From Actinomycetota bacterium (lineage in GTDB: Bacteria > Actinomycetota > Actinomycetes > Nanopelagicales > Nanopelagicaceae), in contig JBDLWK010000001.1 of NCBI GenBank assembly GCA_039804335.1, positions 1 through 42,108 of the forward strand: a stretch of DNA of 42,108 nucleotides. Reading direction: 5' to 3'. Under the pieces are notes generated by a model, which was given only the letters and a program-made list of their open reading frames with translations, had not been told where the DNA came from and did no database searches. Each line of letters starts with the position of its first letter. The stretch's first letter is position 1. A program made the position numbers and the translations under genes. Of this stretch, positions 31,750 to 40,992 are shown piece by piece.

Positions 31750-33246
31750 ATGGCATTCGTAGGCAGTTTGGACCAAGGAACAAGTAGTACTCGCTTCATG
31801 ATCTTCGATCAGGGCGGCAAGGTTGTTGGCCAACATCAATTAGAGCACCGTCAAATACTCCCTCAGGCAGGCTGGGTCGAACATGATCCAGCTGAAATCT
31901 GGGATCGAGTTCAAGAGGTTATCGCCGGCGCTTTAAAGCAGGCTAACCTCCTCGGCTCGGATTTGGCATCAATTGGAATCACTAATCAGCGCGAGACCAC
32001 CGTCGCTTGGGATATCACAACCGGGCAGCCACTTCACAACGCGATCGTCTGGCAGGATGTACGAACCGCTGCTTATCTTGAGGCGCTCTCAGAGTCAGCC
32101 CGCACAACCTTGACCCATAAGAGCGGCCTCACCGTTGCCCCATATTTTGCTGGCAGCAAGATGAACTGGTTTATCAAGAATTCAGAGGCGGTGCGAAGCG
32201 CCATCGCTGCAGGTACCGCTCGCTTTGGCACCATCGATAGTTGGCTCTTATGGAACCTCTCTGGCGGAACACAAGGCGGCGTTCACTTCACCGATGTCAC
32301 TAATGCCAGCCGTACCCTGCTCATGAACCTCGAAACCCTTGATTGGGATCAAGAGTTGCTCGATATTTTAGAAATTCCACGAGCAGTATTACCAACAATT
32401 AAATCTTCATCAGAAGTTTATGCGCAGACAAATCCTCATGGTCCACTCGGTGCTTCAGTGCCGATTGCTGGAATCCTCGGCGATCAACAAGCTGCGATGG
32501 TGGGTCAGGTCTGTTTCGATCGCGGTGAATCAAAGACCACCTATGGCACTGGAAACTTCGCACTTCTCAACACCGGCACAGATATCGTCCGATCTAAGAA
32601 TGGTCTTCTCACCACGGTCTGCTACAAATTCGGCGATCAGCCTGCACGATATGCACTTGAGGGATCGGTGGCGGTCACTGGCTCTGCTATTCAATGGCTT
32701 CGTGATCAACTTGGAATCATCACCCATGCAGCAGATACCGAAGCGCTTGCATCATCTGTGGTTGATACCGCGGGCGTCTACTTTGTTCCAGCATTCTCAG
32801 GTCTCTTTGCACCTTACTGGCGCAGCGATGCGCGCGGTGTGATTGTTGGTCTTACTCGAGCTGCAACGAAGGCACACCTTGCACGTGCAGCACTTGAGGC
32901 AATCTGTTATCAGACGCGCGATGTCATGGATGCGATGGTTGCAGATTCTGGCGTACCAATGGCTGAGATGCGTGTTGATGGCGGAATCACTGCCAACTCA
33001 CTCTGCATGCAGATGCAAGCAGACATAATGGGAATCGATATCACCCGACCTTTAATCACTGAGACCACAGCCCTCGGCGCTGCATATGCCGCAGGTCTGG
33101 CAGTGGGAGTTTGGTCAAATACCGATGAATTAAAGAAGCAGTGGCAGCAATCTCGTCGTTGGAATCCAACAACTACTGCTGAGGATCGCGCTACTGGCTA
33201 TGCCGGCTGGAAGAAAGCAATCGAACGCACACTTAATTGGGCTTAA
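31750..33246 (+). CDS. glpK: Glycerol kinase
   Basis: [42 protein letters not shown]; start ATG 31750. Confidence 0.97.
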   Translation: MAFVGSLDQGTSSTRFMIFDQGGKVVGQHQLEHRQILPQAGWVEHDPAEIWDRVQEVIAGALKQANLLGSDLASIGITNQRETTVAWDITTGQPLHNAIVWQDVRTAAYLEALSESARTTLTHKSGLTVAPYFAGSKMNWFIKNSEAVRSAIAAGTARFGTIDSWLLWNLSGGTQGGVHFTDVTNASRTLLMNLETLDWDQELLDILEIPRAVLPTIKSSSEVYAQTNPHGPLGASVPIAGILGDQQAAMVGQVCFDRGESKTTYGTGNFALLNTGTDIVRSKNGLLTTVCYKFGDQPARYALEGSVAVTGSAIQWLRDQLGIITHAADTEALASSVVDTAGVYFVPAFSGLFAPYWRSDARGVIVGLTRAATKAHLARAALEAICYQTRDVMDAMVADSGVPMAEMRVDGGITANSLCMQMQADIMGIDITRPLITETTALGAAYAAGLAVGVWSNTDELKKQWQQSRRWNPTTTAEDRATGYAGWKKAIERTLNWA

Positions 33247-33267
33247 CCGTTATAGAGTTACCTCATT

Positions 33268-34389
33268 ATGAGCGCAATCAACGAGATTAAAGAGCTTTCT
33301 GCAGGTGTAGTACGTACCGACCGCACCATGAATGATGGTCGCACGATTCGTTATTACGACACCGCCGGGCAAACTCGCTCAGTTGCCGATCAGCGCGAAA
33401 AGGAAGAACAGCCAGGAATCGGCGAGCTCCGCCTTGATCCCCTCGTTAATGAGTGGGTTGCGATGGCAGCTCACCGCCAAGGTCGCATCTTCCTTCCACC
33501 AAAAGAGCTCTGTCCGCTCTGTCCTACAACTGGTGAGCTTCTTACTGAGATTCCTGAATCCGAGTACGAAGTTGTTGTCTTTGATAATCGCTCACCATCG
33601 CTACGCCCGCCAGCAGGGGATTTCGCACTCCCTGACTTAGTGGGCGCTGATACCGATGAGGGTATAGCAGCTGGCAAATGTGAAGTCATCTGCTTTACCG
33701 GCGACCATGGCGGTTCGTTTAAGACGCTATCCCCACAACGCGTACGCACATTGCTTGAGGCATGGCGTGATCGCACTCAAGAGCTCTCGCAGCTTCCTTA
33801 TGTCGAACATATTGCACCCTTTGAAAACCGTGGTGAAGAGATTGGCGTGACTCTCGCCCACCCACATGGTCAGATTTACGCTTACTCCTACCTTCCGCCT
33901 CGCGTCACCAAGATGTTGGCCGTTGCACGAGAGCATAAAGAGAAGACGGGCCGCGTCCTCTTCGATGATGTCTTGGCACGCGAACTTCGTGATGGCGATC
34001 GCATTATCTGTCGCAATGAACATTGGGTCGCCTATACGCCTTATGCATCGCGTTACCCATTTGAGATTCACGTTGTGCCGTTGCAGCCGGTTGCAGATCT
34101 CACCGAGCTCTCCCCTGCAGCTTGTGACTCTTTCCCATCAATTGCTATTGAGGTTATGCAACGCCTCGATGGCGTTTTCAATATTGATATGGCCTATATC
34201 GCCGCATGGCATCAAGCGCCGGTTCGCCAAGGACGCGATCTCTTACGTCTGCATTGGCAAATTACATCTGTTCGCCGTGCGCCAGGTAAGTTGAAGTATC
34301 TCGCTGGCTCGGAATCTGCGATGGGTGCATTCATTATGGATATGAAGCCCGAGCAATCGGCTGCTCAGCTTAAAGATGTAAAGCTCTAG
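33268..34389 (+). CDS. galT: Galactose-1-phosphate uridylyltransferase
   Basis: CPLCP, FENRG, HPHGQ nucleophile motif. Confidence 0.95.
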   Translation: MSAINEIKELSAGVVRTDRTMNDGRTIRYYDTAGQTRSVADQREKEEQPGIGELRLDPLVNEWVAMAAHRQGRIFLPPKELCPLCPTTGELLTEIPESEYEVVVFDNRSPSLRPPAGDFALPDLVGADTDEGIAAGKCEVICFTGDHGGSFKTLSPQRVRTLLEAWRDRTQELSQLPYVEHIAPFENRGEEIGVTLAHPHGQIYAYSYLPPRVTKMLAVAREHKEKTGRVLFDDVLARELRDGDRIICRNEHWVAYTPYASRYPFEIHVVPLQPVADLTELSPAACDSFPSIAIEVMQRLDGVFNIDMAYIAAWHQAPVRQGRDLLRLHWQITSVRRAPGKLKYLAGSESAMGAFIMDMKPEQSAAQLKDVKL

Positions 34390-34393
34390 ATCT

Positions 34394-35530
34394 ATGCCAT
34401 CTCTTGAAGTAACTTTCCAGGAGCTCTTCGGCCACAAAGCCGAGGTGCTTGCTGAGGCACCAGGTCGCGTAAACCTCATCGGCGAACATATTGATTACAG
34501 CGAAGGATTTGTTCTCCCATTCGCGATTGCAGATCGCACCTATGCAGCAATCGCTCGCAATAACGATGGCTTGGTGCGAATTGCCTCTCAACAACGTAAG
34601 AACCGGATCTTCACAATTGATATCGCCGATGTGAAGCCGGGAAGCGCAGGCGATTGGGAGAAGTACGTTCTCGGAGTCATCTGGACGATGAATATCACAG
34701 CGGGCGTAGATATTTTGGTTGACGGTCATGTTCCATCAGGAGCAGGTCTCTCATCTTCGGCAGCCCTCGAATGTTCAGTTGCTGTAGGACTCAACTCGCT
34801 CTTCTCGCTCGGTAAGTCACTTGAAGATCTGGCTCGCGCAACCCAGAAGGCAGAGAACGATTACGTTGGAATGCCTTGCGGCATTATGGATCAATCGGTC
34901 TCTTTGATGGGTCGTGAAGGATCGGCGCTCCTCTTAGATTGTCGCGACTTATCTACTGAGTCAGTCCCTTTTGATGTCGCTTCCGCTGGCCTAGAACTTC
35001 TTATTATCGATACTCAAGCCCATCATGCCCTCGTGGATGGCGGATATGCCGAGCGTCGCGCATCTTGTGAAGCAGTTGCGGCGAAATTTTCTATTCCATC
35101 GATGCGCCATCTCACGATGGAGGTTCTCGATGCTAGAAAAGATGAAATTACCGAGACCGAATATATCCGTGCTCGCCATGCTGTTACAGAGATTCAACGA
35201 GTCAAAGATGCAGTTGTTGCGCTGAAGGCTTCAGATTTCACAACCCTTGGGCGACTAATCAATGAGTCACACATCTCGCTCCGCGATGATTACACCGTCT
35301 CATGCCCCGAGCTCGACACCGCAGTTGATGCCGCTCTTGCTGCCGGCGCGCTCGGTGCCCGTATGGTCGGTGGAGGATTTGGCGGTAGCGCAATCGCACT
35401 GATTCAAGCAGATCAGATTGAATCGGTGAAGGATGCAATCAAGCAGGCCTATGCTGCAAAGAGCTTTAAGGCCCCTCGATTCTTTACATCACTTCCGAGC
35501 GCTGGTGCTTCGGCTCGCGCCCCACATTAA
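34394..35530 (+). CDS. galK: Galactokinase
   Basis: GRVNLIGEHIDY, PSGAGLSSSAA, CGIMDQ, GARMVGGGFGG. Confidence 0.97.
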   Translation: MPSLEVTFQELFGHKAEVLAEAPGRVNLIGEHIDYSEGFVLPFAIADRTYAAIARNNDGLVRIASQQRKNRIFTIDIADVKPGSAGDWEKYVLGVIWTMNITAGVDILVDGHVPSGAGLSSSAALECSVAVGLNSLFSLGKSLEDLARATQKAENDYVGMPCGIMDQSVSLMGREGSALLLDCRDLSTESVPFDVASAGLELLIIDTQAHHALVDGGYAERRASCEAVAAKFSIPSMRHLTMEVLDARKDEITETEYIRARHAVTEIQRVKDAVVALKASDFTTLGRLINESHISLRDDYTVSCPELDTAVDAALAAGALGARMVGGGFGGSAIALIQADQIESVKDAIKQAYAAKSFKAPRFFTSLPSAGASARAPH

Positions 35531-36636
35531 TTTGTAGAGCTAGCAGCCGATCCGAGAGTTACCTTAAAGGTCTTCTCTCCTCCTGTTGGAAGTGTGACGG
35601 TCACCGTCGCTGATGTTCCCGGAACCAATGAACGAATACGGACAATTGCGCTCTCGGTATCTGGAATCTTTACCCCATTGATTGCGGTGATGATAGATCC
35701 CACTGGAATCCCCACCTTCTCAGCTGCTTCGCCAGTGCTGAGGCGAGAAATCTTTGCACCAACACCTGTGTAGGTAGGATCAAAGTAGACGCCTAGAACA
35801 GGTCTCGTTGATTTACCGGTTGCTATGATTTCATCAATGATGCGCTTTGCTTCAGTGATTGGAATTGCAAAGCCCAATCCAATATTTCCACTCGTGCCAC
35901 CAGAGCTAAGTGTTGCAATCGCTGAGTTAACGCCAATCAGGCGTCCTTGCGCATCGACAAGTGCACCGCCCGAGTTGCCTGGGTTGATTGCCGCATCGGT
36001 CTGGATTGCATTGACATATGACTCAGCTCCAGCGCTGCCAGTGGTTACAGGTCGATTGAGAGAGGAGATGATTCCGCTGGTTACGGTATTTGCAAGGCCC
36101 AATGGAGATCCAATTGCGAGAACGGGTTCACCGACACTGACCTTGGTCGAATCACCCAATTTGATTTCAGGGAGATTGCCAGTGTTGATCTTCAATACTG
36201 CAAGATCGTAATTTGCATCTCGGCCAACAATCGTTGCTTTATAGCTAGTTCCGTTGAGAATTTCGACATTGATTGTTCCGGAAGTAGCGGCATCTGCTAC
36301 TACGTGATTATTTGTAAGAATGTAACTAGTTGTCGAAGTTGACTTGTAGATAGAGCCAGAGCCATTGCCACCACCTGATGCAGTTGTTACTCGAATAGAT
36401 ACAACAGAAGGTGTCACTAGCGATGCAATGAGCTTGGCATCCATATCGTTGGCGCCACCGATGACAACTGGTGTACGCGTACCGGTGCAGGCTCCATCCT
36501 TAGATAGGTAGAGAACTCGAGTCTTAGTATCGGCGCATGCCGTCACAGTTGAAGTTGGATTGGTATTTGCAGTTGCGACCGATCCCGCGACTGCGATACC
36601 TGCGACGAAGGCGATTACTGTTCTGTAGTTCTTCAT
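35527..36636 (-). CDS. htrA: HtrA/DegP-like serine protease with one PDZ domain
   Basis: TNNHV, DLAV, INPGNSGG triad; signal peptide; C-terminal PDZ. Start ATG 36636 (CAGGAT-N7) or 36645. Confidence 0.9.
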   Translation of the reverse strand: MKNYRTVIAFVAGIAVAGSVATANTNPTSTVTACADTKTRVLYLSKDGACTGTRTPVVIGGANDMDAKLIASLVTPSVVSIRVTTASGGGNGSGSIYKSTSTTSYILTNNHVVADAATSGTINVEILNGTSYKATIVGRDANYDLAVLKINTGNLPEIKLGDSTKVSVGEPVLAIGSPLGLANTVTSGIISSLNRPVTTGSAGAESYVNAIQTDAAINPGNSGGALVDAQGRLIGVNSAIATLSSGGTSGNIGLGFAIPITEAKRIIDEIIATGKSTRPVLGVYFDPTYTGVGAKISRLSTGEAAEKVGIPVGSIITAINGVKIPDTESAIVRIRSLVPGTSATVTVTLPTGGEKTFKVTLGSAASSTN

Positions 36637-36659
36637 GGGCCTCATCCTGCCCGAGCTTT

Positions 36660-36676
36660 CTGAGTTTTTCCTGTTA
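36660..36676 (-). promoter_or_regulatory. Candidate MprA-like direct-repeat box upstream of htrA
   Basis: Minus strand TAACAG-GAAAA-ACTCAG, 10 nt upstream of the putative -10 CAGGAT; additional GCTCAG at 36684-36689. Confidence 0.4.
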
Positions 36677-36693
36677 TGAAATTCTGAGCTTTA

Positions 36694-37104
36694 TTAGAGT
36701 TCGACGACCCAAGCGCCCTTGATAGCTACCTTGATGGTTGCAAGCGGGGTTTCAGCTGGTCCCTTAGTTGGGGCTCCACCCTTTAGGGGATCGAATTGAG
36801 CGCCATGGCATGGGCATTGCAGCTTCTTGGATCCCTTGTTATATGTGACGGCGCAACCTTGGTGAGAGCAGATAGTTGAGTAGGCGAAGACCCCGGTCTT
36901 AGTGCGGAAGAGAATTGCCGGGATGCCCTGCTTGGCAGTTGTAAAGGTGTGAGTTGCTCCCACCTTGAGCTTGGAAGTTTTGATGATGTTAGTAGTCGCA
37001 GCTGATGCAGATTCTTTGGTGAAGAGCGCTGGAACTGCAGTGAGTGCAACGAGGATCGCGCCGCGCAAAGTTGTGCGGCGGGAGATCTCGTTATCTTTCT
37101 TCAT
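36694..37104 (-). CDS. Tat-exported Rieske [2Fe-2S] protein
   Basis: SRRTTL twin-arginine signal ending ASA-A; CSHQGC and CPCHGAQF; start ATG 37104, because the longer ORF overlaps the tRNA. Confidence 0.92.
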   Translation of the reverse strand: MKKDNEISRRTTLRGAILVALTAVPALFTKESASAATTNIIKTSKLKVGATHTFTTAKQGIPAILFRTKTGVFAYSTICSHQGCAVTYNKGSKKLQCPCHGAQFDPLKGGAPTKGPAETPLATIKVAIKGAWVVEL

Positions 37105-37107
37105 ATG

Positions 37108-37179
37108 CTCCCTGACTTGGATTCGAACCAAGAACCTGTCGATTAACAGTCGACTGCTCTGCCGTTGAGCTATCAGGGA
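37108..37179 (-). tRNA. tRNA-Asn(GTT), CCA not encoded
   Basis: TCCCTGA...TCAGGGA-G; anticodon arm GTCGA-CT-GTT-AA-TCGAC; T-arm CTTGG-TTCGAAT-CCAAG. Confidence 0.96.
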
Positions 37180-37199
37180 ATAGCATCTTGCGAAGGCGC

Positions 37200-37228
37200 A
37201 CTCTATCGCACGCCTGCGAGAGCGACAA
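37200..37228 (-). promoter_or_regulatory. Sigma-A type promoter for tRNA-Asn (and probably the Rieske gene)
   Basis: TTGTCG-N17-TAGAGT on the minus strand. Confidence 0.65.
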
Positions 37229-37230
37229 AA

Positions 37231-39084
37231 TTAAAGGCTTCCAACCGCCAATTCATGCAAGGTTCGGCGGGCGCTCTCGAGGGCCACCAGTTGAGCGAAG
37301 GCGGCGTTGTACTCCTCGCCGTTTTCAACCGGATTAAGTCGCTGGAGGCGTGATTTGAGATCGGCGATAGCTCGGCTGATTCCGACCTCTCGAAGTCGCG
37401 CAACGATGCTGGCCACATACCTTTCGGTGATTTCACCTTCGGCGCGAATCGGTTCGACTGAGAGCTCTGTGAAGAGCGCCTTCATCTGTGGGTCGGCAAT
37501 CTCTTCGGTAGTAAATGCGCGGGTCGCACCAAGTGAGTTAATTGTTGCCGCAAGCGCCCTATATGCAGGATGGGTAAATGATCCATCTTCGATAGTTGTC
37601 CAACTTCCAACAAGTGTCGGAATCTGAACGCGCGCTTTAAGAACTTCTCGCTCCAACATCAACGTTGGCTCTAGTGGATCAGGTCGCCACGAAGTATCGC
37701 TCTGAGGTTCTTCGCCATGCGTCTCATGGTTTTCGCGCTGAGCAGGAACGTTGCGCGCACCGGCAGAGACTGCGCGCGATACAAGTTCGACTTCAACACC
37801 TAGCCACCCTGCAAGTAAACGTGAATACTCAGGGCGAAGTGATTTATCGCGAATCTGTGCAACAAGAGGCGCAGTAGCATTGAGAGCGTTTACGCGCCCT
37901 TCAGCTGTATCGAGATTGTGTTGCTTCAACTCGGTCTTGATTGCGAATTCAAAGAGTGGAATCCGTCGGGCAATCAAATCACGGAGCGCAAGATCGCCTT
38001 TTGTCTGGCGGAGATCAGATGGATCAAGTCCATCAGGTTCGACCGCAACGAAAGTCTGAGTTACAAATTTCTGATCTTCATTGAAAGCTCGCATTGCAGC
38101 CTTCTGTCCAGCCGCATCACCATCAAAGGTAAAGATCACTTCGCCGCGGAATGCATCATCATCCATCAATAATCTGCGGATGATGCGGATATGGTCTGGG
38201 CCAAATGCGGTTCCACATGTTGCAACTGCAGTCGTAATTCCAGCGAGGTGACATGCCATCACATCGGTATAGCCTTCAACAACGACTACCTGGCGCTTCT
38301 TTGCAATCTCTTTCTTTGCGATATCCAAACCATAGAGAACTTGGCTCTTCTTGTAGATTGGAGTCTCAGAGGTATTGAGGTACTTAGGGCCTTGATCTTC
38401 GGTATCGCTGGCTAACTTGCGGGCGCCAAAGCCAACAACATCGCCTGAGATATCTCTGATCGGCCACATCAATCGATTGCGGAACTTATCGATGGGGCCA
38501 CGTTCGCCCATCTTTGATAGTCCGGCAAGTTCTAACTCTTCGATAGTGAAATTGAGTGCACGTAGATGCTTAGTGAGTACATCCCAACCATTAGGTGCAT
38601 ATCCCACACCGAACGCTTCACAAGCGGCGCGGTCGAATCCGCGCTTTGTTAAGAGCTCGCGCCCGATAGCTGCATCGGGTGAGGTGTTGAGTAGATTCTG
38701 AAAGAACTTTGCCGCTTCAAGGTGTGCTGCGACCAGCCGTGAACGATTTCCAACTGGGGCCTTTGTGCCTCCGGCATACTCTTCATATCGCAAGGTATAT
38801 CCCATGCGATCTGCTAGGCGCTCGATAGTTTCGGTAAAAGAGAGATGGTCTATCTTCATCAAGAAGGCGATGACATCGCCACCGGTCTGACAACCAAAGC
38901 AGTGGAAATAACCTTTGCTTGGAGTGACATGGAAAGAGGGAGATTTCTCGTCGTGGAAAGGACAGAGGCCCTTCTTCTGTCCGCCACCGGCGCTCTTCAG
39001 TTGAACGTAATCTCCAACAACCTCATCGATGGGAGCGCGCTCACGGATGTATTGGACATCCTCATCTCTTATGCGACCGCTCAT
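37231..39084 (-). CDS. dnaG: DNA primase
   Basis: CPFHDEKSPSF...CFGC zinc domain, PKYLNTSET, VEGYTDV, FDGDAAG (TOPRIM). Confidence 0.98.
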   Translation of the reverse strand: MSGRIRDEDVQYIRERAPIDEVVGDYVQLKSAGGGQKKGLCPFHDEKSPSFHVTPSKGYFHCFGCQTGGDVIAFLMKIDHLSFTETIERLADRMGYTLRYEEYAGGTKAPVGNRSRLVAAHLEAAKFFQNLLNTSPDAAIGRELLTKRGFDRAACEAFGVGYAPNGWDVLTKHLRALNFTIEELELAGLSKMGERGPIDKFRNRLMWPIRDISGDVVGFGARKLASDTEDQGPKYLNTSETPIYKKSQVLYGLDIAKKEIAKKRQVVVVEGYTDVMACHLAGITTAVATCGTAFGPDHIRIIRRLLMDDDAFRGEVIFTFDGDAAGQKAAMRAFNEDQKFVTQTFVAVEPDGLDPSDLRQTKGDLALRDLIARRIPLFEFAIKTELKQHNLDTAEGRVNALNATAPLVAQIRDKSLRPEYSRLLAGWLGVEVELVSRAVSAGARNVPAQRENHETHGEEPQSDTSWRPDPLEPTLMLEREVLKARVQIPTLVGSWTTIEDGSFTHPAYRALAATINSLGATRAFTTEEIADPQMKALFTELSVEPIRAEGEITERYVASIVARLREVGISRAIADLKSRLQRLNPVENGEEYNAAFAQLVALESARRTLHELAVGSL

Positions 39085-39099
39085 GTTGCTACCTTAACC

Positions 39100-40338
39100 T
39101 CACTTACCCGAATTGCCACGAAGATGGGCGTGAAGAGCATATGCACCAGGGTCGGTCAGGCTGGCAATCTGGTCGATAACCACCCGGAGACGCTCGCCAT
39201 CATGGGTTGAGCGCTTCCAATCATCTTCAAAGATCGGGTCGAGTTCAAGGGGCGCCTTGGCAAAGAGCATCTCTACTAATTCGCGAATCACAATCTGCTG
39301 CTTCTCGTATCGCTCTTGTGATGCCGCGGCGTTGATCAAGTAATGCCCGGCAACGGCTTTGAGGAAATCAACTTCGATAATCGCCTCGCGTGGAATCACT
39401 AAATTTGCGTTGTAGCGAGAGAGGTTTCCTGCTCCATGCACAGCACGAGTCTCGCGCTCTGCTGCGCCGACAAAGCGACCAATCAACTGTGAAGTTGTAT
39501 CTTTCAAGCGAGCAAGGGAAGCATGCGTTCGGTCAAAACCGCGCGGCCAGCAGGATAGTTGAGCCAAGCGCTCGAGCGCTGCAGCTGCTTCTTCCTTGGT
39601 TGCATCGCTCTTGTAATCATTTGTCATCACGGTGAAGAGGAGATCAAAGTCGCGTTCAAAATCGTTTACGGTAACTTGACCGGCAAAGATTGCATCCTCT
39701 AAATCATGTACGGAGTAAGCGCAATCATCTGACCAATCCATGATTTGAGCCTCAATACATTTGCGTCCTTCAGGTGCACCTTGACGCATCCAATTGAAGA
39801 TCTCAACATCATCTGCGTACACACCAAACTTGCGGGGATTGACTTCATTGCTCCAGGGATATTTTGTCGCTGCATCGAGCGAGGCGCGCGTCAGGTTAAG
39901 ACCCACGCTCTTTCCATTGCCATCTACCGTCTTTGCCTCAATCCGAGTAAGCAATCTAAAGCTCTGTGCATTTCCTTCAAAACCGCCACAATCAATGGCA
40001 ACCTCAGCCAAAGCTTCTTCACCATTGTGGCCAAATGGTGGATGGCCAAGATCGTGCGAGAGACAGGCAGTTTCAAGTAGATCAGGGTCTGCACCGAGTG
40101 ATTCACCGAGTTCGCGACCAATCTGAGCACATTCAAGTGAGTGAGAGAGGCGAGTACGTTGGAAGTCGTTCTCCCATGGAACTGCAACTTGTGTCTTCGC
40201 AGCCAAACGTCGAAGTGCTGCTGAGTGAATCACACGAGCGCGATCGCGCATAAATTCGGTGCGGCCAGCGCGCTTTGCGGGTTCGTCTAAGAAGCGATCT
40301 TGATCGCTACTCGAATACCCCGCTACCTCTGTTGCCAT
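39100..40338 (-). CDS. dgt: dGTP triphosphohydrolase-like HD protein
   Basis: RRLAAKTQV, RTRLSHSLE, HDLGHPPFGH, FEGNAQ, AYSVHDLED; upstream of dnaG. Confidence 0.95.
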   Translation of the reverse strand: MATEVAGYSSSDQDRFLDEPAKRAGRTEFMRDRARVIHSAALRRLAAKTQVAVPWENDFQRTRLSHSLECAQIGRELGESLGADPDLLETACLSHDLGHPPFGHNGEEALAEVAIDCGGFEGNAQSFRLLTRIEAKTVDGNGKSVGLNLTRASLDAATKYPWSNEVNPRKFGVYADDVEIFNWMRQGAPEGRKCIEAQIMDWSDDCAYSVHDLEDAIFAGQVTVNDFERDFDLLFTVMTNDYKSDATKEEAAAALERLAQLSCWPRGFDRTHASLARLKDTTSQLIGRFVGAAERETRAVHGAGNLSRYNANLVIPREAIIEVDFLKAVAGHYLINAAASQERYEKQQIVIRELVEMLFAKAPLELDPIFEDDWKRSTHDGERLRVVIDQIASLTDPGAYALHAHLRGNSGK

Positions 40339-40347
40339 AGCCGTACC

Positions 40348-40992
40348 TTATAAGCCTTGGACATCTATGGGAGAGCTCGGCAAGTGGTCACTGATATTGA
40401 TTCCACGGCGACCGAGCGTGATGTAGGCAAGATATGCCCCTGCTTCGCGTGCTAAATAACGAAAGCGGGAATTTTCCAGCGAATTTGGCCCATCTTGCAC
40501 CGGTGAACATGTTGCAATTGCATCTAAATCTTCAGCCATCGTTATTGCGCGATTGCAGTGGTAAGGGTCGGTTGCGATGATGACATTTGAAATCTTGCGC
40601 TTCTTCATCTCGGCGACATATGCAGCTGTTTGAGTTCGAGTATCGCGACCGGCTGGAAGTGCAACTATCGCAGATCTCTTCACGCCATTATTTCTTAGCC
40701 AGTATGCGCCAGATGCAGCCTCAGTTGTTCGATCGCCTGGTGCGCCAGATCCCACAGTAATAATTAATGGCGCAAGTCCAAGCGAGTAAAGCCGCTTGGC
40801 TTCTTGCAGGCGAGCAAGTAGAACTTCTCCTGGTGCGCCATTGAGTTGAGCTGCACCTGGAATCACAATTACTTCAGCGCTTCTAATCGTTGGATTATTT
40901 GCTCCGTTCCAGGTCATAAATATTGCATAACCGGGAATCGCAATCAGCACAGTGAGAATTACCGTTATGATCCGACGAAATAATTTAAACAT
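40348..40992 (-). CDS. YdcF/DUF218 (SanA/ElyC-like) membrane-anchored protein
   Basis: N-terminal TM, VIPGA, ARL..A, TEA, TDPYH..RA, RE. Confidence 0.85.
   Translation of the reverse strand: MFKLFRRIITVILTVLIAIPGYAIFMTWNGANNPTIRSAEVIVIPGAAQLNGAPGEVLLARLQEAKRLYSLGLAPLIITVGSGAPGDRTTEAASGAYWLRNNGVKRSAIVALPAGRDTRTQTAAYVAEMKKRKISNVIIATDPYHCNRAITMAEDLDAIATCSPVQDGPNSLENSRFRYLAREAGAYLAYITLGRRGINISDHLPSSPIDVQGL

Noticed and set aside
37105-37436. ORFs 37165-37353, 37203-37436 and the 37131 Rieske start
   Set aside because: They overlap tRNA-Asn, its promoter or dnaG, and have no recognisable motifs
39100-40338. dGTPase as an anti-phage defence gene
   Set aside because: Sits in the conserved housekeeping dusB-dgt-dnaG context, not a defence island
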